Assembly (NCBI GenBank): GCA_036172245.1
Contig: JAYWIR010000045.1
Span: forward strand, 558,001-622,000
Reading direction: 5' to 3'
DNA length: 64,000 bases
Source of the DNA: Raillietiella orientalis
Lineage: Eukaryota
Shown: positions 24,900 to 38,042 of the stretch, in pieces
Layout: each line of letters starts with the position of its first letter
Numbering within the stretch: the first letter of the stretch is position 1
The notes under the pieces: model-generated
Told to the model about the DNA's origin: nothing
Database searches by the model: none
What the model saw: only the letters and a program-made list of their open reading frames with translations
Position numbers and translations under genes: made by a program

Positions 24900-25350
24900 C
24901 TGTTCTTCACTGATCAGGAAGCAGCGAGATGCTCCATCTTCCCCATGTTCCTCATTTTCGAGAATAGAGGCTCGAACAGGAAAATGGCATCCGCAGTGAG
25001 CTGACTCCCAGGGCACCCTGGACTCTCAGCCTGGACTTAGTCTCAGCAAAAACCGTCTTATCATCATCTTGGACTGTTTGCTCCCCCTCCATCTCTTTAC
25101 GAGGACCTGGAAGCGGAGTTTCGGGAAAAATGCAGCCTCCGGATTCTCCTTTCGACGCTCCTTGGAGAAGCGGTAAAATCTCTCTTTTCCAGAAGATCCC
25201 AGCCAGCTCCCTTGCGGGTCCTTTCTGAAAGCGAACCAAATGGGAGGCCTCCATGATTTTCTGCCGAGATGCATTCCCCGCAGCTCGGAGCGTGTCTTCA
25301 ACAACCCGAGAGGCGGACCTAACTTTTCCCGCACTTTTCTTGAGGTTAAG
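24900..25350 (-). mobile_element. Decayed Tc1-like DDE transposase relic
   Basis: VRFQKGPARELAGIFW (~VKxGGG.VMVWGxF), IFPETPLP..QTVQDDDK (~ILExxLxP..FxQDN), SILEN (~NPIEN) in Tc1 order; no terminal inverted repeats found. Confidence 0.4.
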
Positions 25351-28019
25351 AGTCTTCAAGGATGCTCCGGCGTGAGACCAGCAGAGACCTGCGTTTTTTT
25401 TTTCCTGCTGCCCCTTCGGTCTTTACCCCAACTGGTCTTCAGTTCCCGCATTTCCTGCTCGTCTGCAAACGCATCGGGGCGCATTTCCGCTTCGGTGCAC
25501 CCGGTTCGCTTCTTCCGGTGCTGTTGTGAGGGCTGAAGAACTTTCCGGGCAGTCGTGACATCACACAATTCAACTCCAGGGTCGTGTCCCCGCAGGCGCG
25601 ACCCCGAAGGGAGGGATGAGTCAATCGCCGGCCGGTTCGCTGTCCACTGATGAAGGCGCTAGCTCCTCGACACGGTCGCGGAAGAAGAGCGCTGCCCAAT
25701 TATCGGCTCGGTTTCCCGATATGCCCACTTTGAGAGGGCGACCCAGAATCCCTTCCTCCACTCTCTCCCTTCCCCTTCATCTGAGGGGGAGAGAGCAGCA
25801 GCAGCAGCACGCGGCGGCTTCACTTTGCAATCCGCTGTCTTCCTTGTATCTTCCGGTGTCCTGTGGTGGGCGATGCTCGGGCTCCAAGGGTGGAGGGGAG
25901 GGGACGCGGCTGGGCTTGCGAGAGGATTCGATGAAAGCGTTTTTGCTTTCCTTTTGCGTCCGGAAGTCTTCGCCCCGGGCAAGCCGAGGATCTTCCTTGA
26001 ATGTCCTATCCGGAAATTTTTTCCCGAAGAGGGGATACCTGGAGTTTCCTCTTTTGGGGGCCACGAGTCACCCCACAAATCTTCCTCTCGAGTAGATTTC
26101 CCTCTACGGAAAATCCTCTCACTTTTTCTTTTGGGAGAGGGGCGGGAGTCGAAATTCCGGGCACTGCAGTGGGATTTTGTTGACTCCATCGTCGGAGTAG
26201 GGGGAGGGGGACATTTCTTGGAATCTCTGTTCCGCGGGATGAGCAGGGAGGAGGATTTTAGGCAGAACCGGGTAAATAAAGAGTAGGTGATTAGAAGTTT
26301 CCCGATCTCTGCGGGAGCACGCGCGCGCATCTTTCGATCGTCTCTCGAACTCACTGTGGTCTCCAAGCTCGGGAGAGCTGCTCGGAGAGCCGCGTCCCAG
26401 TGACTGTGAGGAAAAACCGGCGGAAAAAGAAGAGCGGCAGCTCTTGCCCCCCCCCTCCCCCTCCTAATCGAGCGGCGACCTCCGCCAGCCTTTCCCGACG
26501 CAACCACCCGCCGCGAAGAGTTTCGCCGGTTTTTTCCTGCTCCTTTCTTCCGCGCTTTCGGTTACGGGGCATGCGGCGCGAGAGGAAGAGGAGAATTTCG
26601 GAAAGGAGGAAACTCCAGGAAAGTTCCTTCGCCCGTCTTCGAGCGAAATCGTCTCAGATGTGTGACGTGTAATCTTGCTCCGAGAGGGAAAACTTTCGGA
26701 AAGATGCGGAGGGATGCTTCCAAAAGAGGGCAAAAGGCAACTCGCGGGAATGCATTCTTGGATCGAATTTCGACAGAGGAAGTCCACGGATCCCAGCAGA
26801 GGCTGTATCCACAGCCACCAAGGTGCAAGGTGTTCACTAACTCAGCGTGCTGATGACTGATGGTGCATGCTGTTCTCAATCATTATTTCAGTTCCCCGTT
26901 GTTAATTATTGTCGATTGCGATGACCGTGAGTCTTCTTTGGTTTCTGCTTCAAGCACCTCATTCTTGAAACACTCCCGTGGAAAAATTTCTAAATCCTAA
27001 AAAAAGGTGTATTAATGACTGCTAGTTCAGGTGCAATGAACACACATGGCAGCATCCTCACTGCAAGCCACCGCAGAACGCGGAAAACGCGCCCTGCCTT
27101 ATACGAGCCCTATGACTTGTCCATGGATAATATAAATGGTATTGTTTAAAGATATCAAATGTATCTCAAACATTGTAACGGTAGCATATTTTTGTTTTAC
27201 TTTGAAACAAAAAAAAAAAAAAAATCAAAAGTGCTCATTTATTATTCAACTGAGTGAAAAAACACACACACACAAACTTCTAAAGCTTCGTTGATATTCA
27301 ATTTGGGCAATTCCGCATTTTCAGCTCTATCATCATCGTTGCTGAAGAACGTTTCTTCTTGCACCATTTCGTTCACGAAAGTTTGGACGCAATAGAGTTT
27401 AATCTGCTTGAAACACGTGTCCGTATTCTTTCTTAAAAGCAGCTGAGCTGGCACTACTCCAACAAGTTAAAATGTATCCACAGAATTGCACGGTCACCGT
27501 GTTATATAAGGACCGTCTCCATCTCTTTGCCACGTTCAGAGTTATACGGATCTTTTCCCCTCCTCACTCATTCACGCATATCTTTGCAGCAGAATGAGAG
27601 GATGCCAACTTCTTGTTGCAGTCGGTTTGCTGAATGTTAGGGGAGGCTTTTTCCTTCTCTTTGTTGAACGCCGTTCTCCCGATGTTCCTCAAGCGATTCA
27701 CCAAAGACTCCATCGGATGAGGAAGCAGGATCGTAAAGACATCTTCCACGAGCTCTGATGAGGTTTCACGCGTCTTGGTCATGGTGAGCAGCGTGACACG
27801 GCGTCACACTTCGCTTACTTATTGCAGCTTCCTGGCTGGTGACGTCTCACGTGGACTCGTCTTTCCCAATGAAGGAGCAAGGGGGAGCTGCGCTCCAGGC
27901 GTGACCTCTTCACTCCAGTTCCGAATCGCCTTTTACCCCGTTGTCACTTTCCGAGGACTCGGGATAGATCCCCTCAGGGAATTGGGACGGGCTAAACCGC
28001 CCTACCGCACGTCAGACCT

Positions 28020-28720
28020 CCGAGATTTTTCTGCATCATTTGCCACTACCAACGAAATCTGGCTTTAGGACTAGGATCCAGGAGAGCTCTTCTGCAACCG
28101 CCTCCCCCTACCTGTCGTGACCTGGAGAACCCACTGCCCTCGCTGAAAGGCAGAGAACTCCCGGCATAAAGAACTCCTGAGAGCCACCCGCCCCCTAGGA
28201 CGGTTGCTTCGGGCAACAAGTCACAACGCTCACTCCTTATCGCGCCCCAGCTTCCCTGGTCGTCATCGTCCCGCGGTGCGCAGCAACCAACACCTCCCAT
28301 GGCACTCGATGAGCGTCGCACCGGGCGCCCCGCGACCCAACCCTCAGTTCCGGTTCACCAGTATGGGTTCGCTGGTCACTATCGTGGATCCCCGAGCTTC
28401 AGAATGAGAGCTGTGCCAGGCTTGTCGCCCTTTCAGAGGTCGAAGACAGGTTGAGGTTATTTCAGGAGCTTCGAGGCCTCTTATCATTCGCCTTACCAGA
28501 TGACACTCCCTTGTCTCCTTCCTCTTCGACGAGCGTCACCTATCCCGAGGGAGACATGGCCACCAGGTGGCTCGATTCGTCCTTCTCCCCTTCGTCCTAC
28601 ACCCAGCAAGTGATGACCGATGTGCGCTCCAAGGTCACTACGGATCCCCGCCAGAGTTCCCTATGGCTTCTCCTGGACAGGCCCTGTTCTCCATCTCAGT
28701 CGGTTTCTAGGACACGGGAA
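28020..28720 (+). mobile_element. Decayed LINE AP-endonuclease relic (CR1/L2-like)
   Basis: TNEIWL (~TETWL) and YTQQVMTDVR..SSLWLLL (~LxQxVxxPTR..LDLxL) in expected order. Confidence 0.35.
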
Positions 28721-31700
28721 ACCTCACCAGTTGGGAAGGAAGCGCTGCAGAGTACAGCCTCAGCCTGGCATAGAAGAAAAATTCAACACGTGTGATGTGA
28801 CGTAATGCTGCTTGACGAGTACTTTGTCATGGCTTTCCAGCTTAGCAGAGTCCGGAAAAAAAAGAATGCCTCCGGGAAAAAAACCCTGGCGCTGATGGAA
28901 CAGTGGCTAACTTCTGCAGTGGGGAAGGGGAGCCTCATCCATCAATTGACGCACGAGTTTTCATCAAGCTTGATCGAAGATTAGAGATTGATTCTGTTGA
29001 TGATGAGAATTCTTTCGAGCTGATTCTTTCAGCTGCCCACGACGCCGACCGAGGCATCTTGGTCTTTTATTGAGTGAAGAGGTGATTCCATCATCTGTGG
29101 AAGATTCGTGGTCTCGATCCCTAGGAGGACGAAGTGAGTCAGTTCCACAGAACGTGAACACAGTGACGAGCAAGTAACCAGAGAGAATTTTCCGAAAGGC
29201 TCGACGAGCCCAGCTTGTGTCACATCTATCCCGAAGATGAGCTGATGGAATCCCTTAGCACGGAGTTCAGTGCTTGTGGAAGAGGGAGCTTTCCAGGAAC
29301 AGCTTCCCAGAAAAAGGCAACGTCAGGAAAAAAGGATTCCCTTCCTGGGAAGACGGTTTTCTTTCCTCAAGAGATTTGCGCGTCTTTGTCAGCTGAGTGT
29401 TGCCTGAGACACATGGAGCAATCATTCCGCTGGTGAACACGACAACGCAGCATTCATTATTGTCTGCTCCATTGCCCGCTGGGATCTCTCTCCTCGAGAG
29501 TGACTAAATCAGAGTCTGCAGCTCTAGACCAGGTTTCGTCTTCTCTCCAGTTGCGACAGAGGTTTGAAGGAAGCCGGGGAAAAAGTGCATCCCTTCAGGA
29601 GGAATCGGTGCAGCGCATAACGACTGGGAAACTTCCTGCCTAGGTCGAGTTCTTATTGGAATCCAGAAAAGAGGAGCAAGGGAGGATGAAGTGATTAGTC
29701 ATGGTCATTGGATCTGGCGTAGTCGTCCTCTGGAGCAGGGTCTTTCTAATCCGTAAATCCAGGGTCGGATTCGTTCTCTTGATTAGCTGCATCGCTAGCA
29801 CGAGAACGCGGGATCTTTTCGCGAGGCACTATTATGCAGGGGAAAGATGCATTGGTGGCACACAAGAACAAACCGATGCTTGACCTGAAGATAGATGAGA
29901 GGTCACGACTTGCCAGGTGACACTCAGAGGAAGACATTCCGCCTTGATCCAGGGAATCCGTGCTTCCTTTCAGCACGTCGAATGGACGCTATCCGTTAGA
30001 TTCTGATAGGAATCGCTGGGTTTCTGCAAAATCCATCCTTTCTGCAGGACTTTCAGAGTAACAAGACATTGTTTAGAATAGATTAGTCTTCGTAGATGCT
30101 AACTTGCTCTTCTGTTATGAAGCGATCTACGATCTTCAGCAACCTCTAATTCCTTCAAGACTTGTGAGACGAAAGGGTGCATCCATATCGATGGGATGAG
30201 AAACATTCTATTTTGTTGTCGTGGAATCACCTTGACCAACCATCTGGTATTCCTGTTTACATGAATACAACAGTGCACAGAACACTTCCTTCGAAGAATG
30301 AAGGATCCGCGAGCGAGGCAGGTGGAGCATCTTCCTTTCTGATGATCCTCTTTGTGGATGGCGTTGTATGAGATGTGCTCGGAGATGTCTCTAAGCACCT
30401 CCTTTCCCCGCGGGCGCAGGCAGACACCTGATGGTAGACCACCGAACACCCGCTGCGACACCATGAGTTCACCGCCGAATGCTGGAGTATGGATTCCCAT
30501 GGTCATGCAACATTCTTTCTGGTGACCCTCGGAGTTCACATAAAAGATCGATTTCCCATTTTTCTCCTTCCAATCCCTGTCAAGTCACGGTGAGGCTTTC
30601 TGAGAAGGTAGGAAGAGGGTCACTTTCTTCGTTCTGGATTCCTACAGTGCAAATCGGTCGTTGCGGCCTGGTCCAGTATGTCACAAGTGAATGTGAGCAG
30701 AGACGGTGGGCCATTAAAAGCATCTGCATCATTCTTTTCGATTGTTGACATGGGCAAATCGAGACCCGAGAGGCAGTTCTAGAAAAGAAGCTTCCTGGAA
30801 TCCATGGATCAGTAGACGAAAGCTCACTGCGATTTAGTCGGAGGGAAAAGCTGCCTTACGAGTCAGAGGAAATTAGTTTCCCATACAGAGCGGTACTTGC
30901 AATGCGAAATTTCTCATCGTCTGTTCGCCGGAAGCTGCACCTTTCTGTGGTAGTCAGATTTGCTCGGTGTGTGCATCCGCCTTGGGTGGTTCGGTGCGTC
31001 CGTCTATTCGTGGTGTTTCATCCACGGACGCGAGCGAGCACTGACCCTCACGCGCACAACGGTTTTGGAGTCTCTGTGTCGTTCCAATTTTAGTACATGT
31101 AAGCCGAAATGTGTACATATACATGTGTACATATGTCTCTGAGGCAACTCGAGATAAACTTCCAAGATAAAAACCTTATACACCCTTATAACTCTCAAAA
31201 CGAGCACCTATAATTTCTGCGGCGACCCCTACAGAAACCCTGCAAAGATAAGGGCAAGACGGTAAGCATATCCGCGAATGAGACCTGTTTTCTTCCCGTG
31301 CACATTGACGCATCTGCTGCTTGAGATAATGATAATAAAACATCCTTAAGTGTGAGGCCCGGCAGTTTGCCTCCCAAAAGGAGATCGCCTTGAAGTTGCA
31401 TCCTGGAGGGAGATTAACGCCGCGACATGGAATTTTCCTGAGAAGACGGGCAAAGCCCTTCGGAGTCAAAGATGATATTTCCGACTAGCACTCAATAGAA
31501 GGAAAATCGTATCTCATCATTCCGAAAACTTCCTAAGGGTGCTCCTGAAGAAGTTAAGCAAAGTCCGAGAACAAAGCTCGCTGCTTTCCACTTCATCCAT
31601 TTATGGGTTTTTGTATCTCTGTGCTCTCTATTTGCTTTCAAGTTTTCGTTCGACATTCTATGGGGATGAATCTAGCCAAAGCTGCGACAGGACATTTTGT

Positions 31701-34700
31701 GGTTCAACTTTTCAGCCACTCCAAAGTTAGGGGCAGGAGATACCGAAGCAACATCGAAGATATACCCACAAGCAAGAGAACTGGGTGTCACAAGCTTCAC
31801 TTCTTCTACGCTGACGTCAAAATTCAAAACAGCAAGTCCTCGAATCGAATTTTTTCTCTCTCTCTCTTTCTCTTTCCATCTATATATCTGTGTATGTATA
31901 TATAAACATAGCAGAGAAGAAGAGAGAGGAAAGGAGGGGAGTGGAAGGCAAGTGGACTTATCTTCTTCTTCTAGGTGTCGAGCTGCTTGCTCAGCAGAAG
32001 AGACAAGAGCGGCCTCTAGCTAGACTGACCGGGGCTCGGCGAGTGATTGCCTTGCATCGGACGGAGGCAATAAATTCACCACTGAATGCAAAGCACCTGC
32101 TTTAGCTTTGTGCGGAATGTAGGGGCGAGGGGAAGACCAAGTGGCCCCTTGGCGCTCTAACGTCGGGAAATCCTGGGAAGTACCGTCCGTGCAGATTTTT
32201 CGCCAAGATTTTACAGGCTGCTCTGAAATGTATTATTGCCGAATGGGACCGGGGATGCTGTTCCGATCTCAAGAGCAAAAAGGACGCTTCGATAGAAGTG
32301 CCATAACCTTCAAGAGTGGTCTCTTATCTTTTGATGCGTCTGGACGCATCTCCTCAATGGGAAGAAGGAAATACCAAAACCCAGTCTCTTTTTTTTGGGT
32401 TTTTTTCGCCTCCGAAATCGCGTGAGTCGGTTATCCCTGTGCACTTATTCCATCAAAAGCGAGAGGGTGTTTGACCAGTCAATGGCTGCTTCACTTCCGA
32501 AGGATTTAAAAGGACATGTGATCCCATATCTGAGTTGCGCTGGAAAGGATCGAGAGAGGGAGAGAGAAAAAATTCTATCCCTGTTCCCTATAGCAATCGG
32601 GAGATCTCGGTGGCCACGCCCACACGTAGGAAAACATGCTGCAAATACACAGGGATATTTTGCCCCACTGAGACTATTCCACAGCAATCGGACTGGTCTC
32701 TTCCCCGACCCGACTTCTTCGACCTTCCTCCTTCGAAGGTAGTCTTCGGGATTTCCAAGCGTGTCGGAAAGGAATCCTCGGGAAGGAACGAAGCGGTGTC
32801 TTTCGTTCCTCGAGGGAAGGTAAAAGGCTCCTCCTCTTTGTCCATCATCTGCATGATGAAAACGAAACTGCTCCGATATTTCCCAGAAAAGTTTCCGGAG
32901 CTAACGAAGGGCAACTGGAAGTTCTCCGCAGCTTTCCAGAAGCAATTTGCCAGCGAGCCAAACTTTGTCCCAATTTTTCATCGCGGGGCTTTTCAGCTGA
33001 GAGATTGGTTCCTAGCAACAAGGGAGAAGATGATCAAGAAAATAAAGAGGACCAAAAAAGCGCCATTTAAGACAAACGGCCTCGGATTGCTGCTTGGATT
33101 TTCCTCAAGAGATGGGGATCTCGCAGCACACGAGGTCTGCTGTTAAAGTGAGAGATGGAAGATCTTGCGCCATTAATTAAATGTGGAGAAAAAAAAAGAA
33201 AAAAAAACAGAAAGGAATTTGATGCAGCGTTGCGTGAGGAAAGGCGGCGCCATCAAAGGGCTGTGGCTCTCTACTTACTCCTCCAACTAACTCTTGAACC
33301 ATCTGTGACATTCCGGGTGGATTGCTAAGGACCTCATCCAACTCGTCACGATGCTGCATCTCATCTCGAACAGAGAGAAGGGGGGGAGGGGCAACCCGAC
33401 CTCTCATCCCTACCAGACCCGAATTCCGCGCGCCGACCGCAAAGGTTCCTCGGGAAACACGCAGCGCACGCAGCGGTTCTGGTCATTGCGGACGCTGCGG
33501 ATGAGAGACGCGTGCTGCTGCTGCAACACGCCCCGGGCAGCGAGGAGGCGGCATCATTCCTTGTCAAGAGTCGAGTATCCGTTCTCGATCGTGTGCGCCT
33601 CGCCATTGCCTGTTGCTAATCACCTCCGGCGCCACTGGCTATCCGTGGAATCGTGCGGAAGACGTGCTTTCCCTGTCCCTCCCTGAAAGAGGGTTCGCAT
33701 TCGCAGCCACTGCTCCGACGGTTTCCGGGAAAATTCGGAGCCGAAGCACCCCTCGCTGGCACCCTCATCTGATTGCAGCGAAGACTGCAATCGCCCTCTC
33801 ATTCACCCTCGAGCACCTTGGGGGAAAATACGCTGCAGCCATGTCCAGCAAGAGCGACGTAACAGCCTTTCACAGTTTCTTTGGAGGTGTCCATGGCGCC
33901 AATACACAAAATCCTCGTTGGCTCCCTACTCTTCGCGGTCCTGAGCAAGGACGAAAAAAGGACATAGCTGGCATATCGTCATGCAAATGTTTTTCGTAAA
34001 TGCAAGGAGACATTACGGATTTCCATTCCTCAATTTCGAAAAGAAGAGAAAGATATGATCCATCTCGAGTTATTTGTGACCAAAAGGGCAAAAGCATAAA
34101 TGCAGCGCAGCTTCCGTGAGAAGTACCGGAAGTGATCAACAAGATGCAAGCATTTCCTGTTCACATAACGATCACATGTTTGCTCTTGCATGTTCCGCAT
34201 TTACGTGTCACAGTCATTAAAGAGGAATTCCACACCATGAACAGCACTGAAATGAAGCACTTCCTAAAGTTACGAAACTTTTACAGTCGAAGCAGAGCTC
34301 CTTTCGAATGCAGTTTCCCGAGCATTCAGATGAGACTTCTGCACCATTGTCACACCACGGATCCCCAGCTGGCAAGAGCGTCTCAGCAACTGCTGGTTTT
34401 CTCTGCAGAGCCTGCTTCTTCACCGTGCTCTTCAGCGCAAGCCGAGAAAATCACCCCGCACTCCGAAGACATCCATCTGTCCGCGTATAAGACGGAGTTT
34501 AAAATCACGCATTTCTCCTGTAGTGGACATCGCTGAGGCATGCTGCTTATTTGCAGTATGTTCCCTCGGTAGTCCACTGAGGGAAGAGAAGCATGCTGCA
34601 TCTGACGCATGAGACTGTCAGCCTGCTCTCCACCAATATGGTTAGAAGAATGCTTAACTATAGATGGTTCAGCAAACCAGAAGCCTCTGTGTGTCTTCCC

Positions 34701-36547
34701 TGCAAATTCTAGTTTACGTGATTTTGCTTAGGTGCTGGAAGGCACGAGGTTGCAATCAGAAATGAATGTGCACTGATATTCGAATGCACACTAATCGATC
34801 TGTTCTAAGATCCGCTTTATTTTTCTAGGGCAGTATTTCCTTTAGATTAGGAACTTTTTTTTTGGCTGTAAACAAAAAATTCTGGATTATTTGAGCTGTT
34901 AAGGCTCAGTCCAGAGACTGATGCGAAAAGATGCCGTTGGTGGACTGCCTGGGTGTAGCACCGGATCATGACTACAGTAGCAGGCTAAAGTGCATCCCGG
35001 GAGAAGAGACCCCTCACAGGGTCTGCAGGGGTCGTTCAGACGGGAGAGGGCTGTTTCTACGCGTTCCTAGCCCTAACAAAGCGCCCTGCAGTCTAGAAAA
35101 CGTGGAGAATGGGATGGACTTCACCTTTCGCCGCTGGAGAGACGATTTACCACAGTCAGGTGATGACGTTGTCTACCTGCACAAGTCCCCAGTACATAAA
35201 AGGGGTCATTGTTGAATGAGAGGAAAAGTAAGGAAACTGCTTAGACGCTAAGTGAGGCCTCAAAGGTACACCAGTGCAGCAGACCTTGAGTCCGTGTCCT
35301 CAGAGTGCCCAAGGCTGATCTGGCTGGACTTACATCCATTTGCTCAGGCCTGCGATGGTGCTATGGAATTCCCGGCCCTGCGTGTTACCTACTGTCATTT
35401 CCTTCCATGAGGGACGATAGAGCCGAAGTACGGCAGATACACGTCATCAAGTCTTCTATGACATCCTTGCCATCGGGGCAAACAATGATAGCAATCAGCC
35501 GGTGGGGTGGTCTGATGAATGCTGAGATCGCAAAGAACTGTTGCATCCTCACCATGGTGACAGTCAGGCATGTGTCGGAGTCTCGCTCGCAGCGAGAGGA
35601 TGCCATCAGCATGGAAGCCACCTTAATGAGGACGGCTTCAAGATGGCCTCAGCTGCCAGAAGAAGCCATCCATGGGACTGCAACCATAAACAGCCGCTTC
35701 TAAGAAGAAAGGAACAAACAAAACTAAAGATCCCGTCCCTATTCTCCCGTCTTTTTTTATTTATTTACTGTCTCATCCTTCCGTTCTCTACTTTTTTAGA
35801 AGTCAGTCAGCTTGCTGGTGGTCACCTCCAATAAACTTTGCTTAATGGGGGGAACATCTCTTGTATTTAGGGGACGCTGTTCCTCTCTGACTTCTGGTTT
35901 ATTTTTTAAATAAAAATCACGACGTGACCAAGTACGAATCCATCACATCCACGAGGAACTCTCTCACAGGGTACAGAGACAACAGCACTTTTTGAAGACG
36001 CGCTGCAGTGTCATCTTCGCCCAAGGGTGCCGATTGCCTCCAGACACCATGTACTGAAGTTCATGGAGCCACATGAGATCCGGTGCTCGATCTCAGCAGG
36101 GAGGCGCCTATCTTAGGGAAAAAGAGGGAGGCTCAATCAACAGCGACTCTTACTCGGAAGTAGGGACTCCAGTTCCTTTCTTTCGACGGCACTCCTGAGG
36201 ATTTGGTGTGCCGCGAAGCACTGTCGTTCATCTTACAACCTGGTCACCAGACCAGGTCTTCCGAACTGCAGCTGTAAATATACTCAACACCTGCGCATCG
36301 ACTCCAACGTCACGACACGGAAACGCCGGACCTTTAAGGAAGATCTGCAAACTCCTCGGGTCCCGTCGGGCTTTTCTGAAAAGGGAATGCTTAGAGGACT
36401 TCGACTTGCAAGGCAGAATCCTATATAAAAAAAAAAGCAGGGGAAGGAAAAAGGACAATCAAGTTGCTACCCCTTGCGGCCCCGTTTTAGCAAGAGCGTT
36501 GGAGTTGCACCTGCGATTCGGCATAATAGCAAGTTTTAGCCAGAGTT

Positions 36548-37187
36548 GGCTACCCCGTGGCTGAGGTCACCGCGCGTAGCACCAGGAGTTGAGGGTTCGA
36601 ATCCCTCCTGGGTAAGGATCGACGCAGATAACGGGGGGTGCGTCGTGGGTTTCGAGTCCCTCCCGAAGGACGACGCTGGTTGGCACATAAGCTTCGGGTG
36701 GAGCACTGCCTCCGTTGACTGACTGTGATTGGAATTCGACCCTCCGGGATCCTTCCAGGAAACAAGAGAGGTTCGCTTCGGGGTCGTTCCTCTCCGGTTG
36801 TGCAAATGGGGCCGTCTCCCCTCTCGAAGAGGAGCCTCCATCGTGCACCACGAAGCTGGTGGATGTCTCTTCAAAGTGCGGGAAGCGCGCTGCCTCCTTC
36901 GGGGAGAGGACCACTTAGAGAAATCTGGAAGCGTCCTTTCAGGGGTCTCTTCAGAGAAGGAGGAAACAAGGAGCAGCCCCTTTGCGGGTTCCTCCCGGAG
37001 GAGAAATTCCAGGAGAGGTCCCCTCCGAGGGACCCCTTCGTAGAGAATAAGAAAGGGATTCCCTTCGGGGTTCCCCCTCAAGCGTAAGAGAAACAGACTC
37101 CTTCCTCTGAAGCCCTTCCTGGATTCATAAGGTACTCCCTTTCCGGGGTACCCTCAATATCTTGAGTTACATGCACCCTCGGGTGGC
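36548..37187 (+). mobile_element. tRNA-headed SINE-like repeat, copy B (near full length)
   Basis: A-box-like TGGCTGAGG at 36558-36566, B-box GGTTCGAATCC at 36594-36604, second GGTTTCGAGTCCC at 36648-36660; 3' half made of degenerate ~38-nt units; colinear with the reverse complement of 60329-61001. Confidence 0.75.
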
Positions 37188-37649
37188 ATGAACAGTGAAA
37201 AAGAGCTTCGTAAGCCCCCCCCCCCCCCTAAGAAGGCAAACGGTTCTAAAGTGCCTAGGAAACTAAAAAAAATAAAACAAAGCTAAAAGAAAAGCAGAAA
37301 AAGAGAAGAAACAGCGTGCATTGAAGCGCCCAACTCGTTGATCTGCTGTCCCTGCCACTTGCCCTTATTTGTCCTTGACCACCATGCAGTTTTCTGGGAA
37401 TACCAAAGAGCCAACCCGAGCATATCTGGGACCACGAAGTTGCAAGCGAAGAGCCGTCATATAATGGCAACAGCTCCCATCCGAGTTTCCTTCCTTTTTT
37501 TCTTTTTTTCTGCTGTGTCCGCTTGCGCGGCACCTGCCAGGCAGGGCTCGCGCCGCGTGCGTAGCAAACGTGCTGTCTGGCAACCGTCGCACGCTCCCGC
37601 ACATCTTCGATCGCTGCACCCTCCTCAACGCAGCTGACCCTTCTCCACT

Positions 37650-38042
37650 CCCAAGGACCGCGACCCGGCAGACCGAATCGGCGCCTCCGACTGACCGATT
37701 CCCGAGGTCGGTCCAGACACGTCGGTCCTGCAACAGCTCCGGAGAGCGAGAAGCAGAAAGCAAGCACCCGGCAGCCTGCCCTCCTGGACGCTTCGTGAGG
37801 AGTGCTCCCTGGAAGTCTGCCATCCACAAGCAGCGATGACGAGGTGACGCAGGGGCTGAGAAGGTGGCTCGAGAAAGACAAACGGCCGTGTTGGAACGTC
37901 CAGCGCTCTCGTGTCGCAGTCGCCGGCTGCATCCACCGGACCGCCGTCACGCGATGGCGACCCTCGAAGACCGCAGCCTTGCACGGAGAGTCGGATGTGC
38001 AGGAGGACCATCCCCACAAAGGTGGGAACGGTGGGAAATCTC
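37650..38042 (+). mobile_element. Decayed Ty3/gypsy integrase-like repeat, copy 2
   Basis: Homologous to 24161-24492; RFPRSVQTRRSCNSS (~FGxPxxIxSDxGxxF) precedes HPQ/SDDEV..WNVQRSRVAVA..IHRT..LHG. Confidence 0.5.

Noticed and set aside
27090..27520. Acidic peptide DDDRAENAELPKLNINEALE, like a Tigger/pogo C-terminus or an exon
   Set aside because: No DDE motifs, TIR pair or partner exon identified.
33850..34520. Possible hAT transposase relic (PRWLPTL, PQLARASQQLL..PASS)
   Set aside because: Only two weak motif matches; not distinguishable from chance without an HMM search.
36548..36620. tRNA gene candidates here and at 24490, 60990 and 63660
   Set aside because: No full cloverleaf or anticodon arm, and each is attached to the same repeat body, so they are SINE-like heads.
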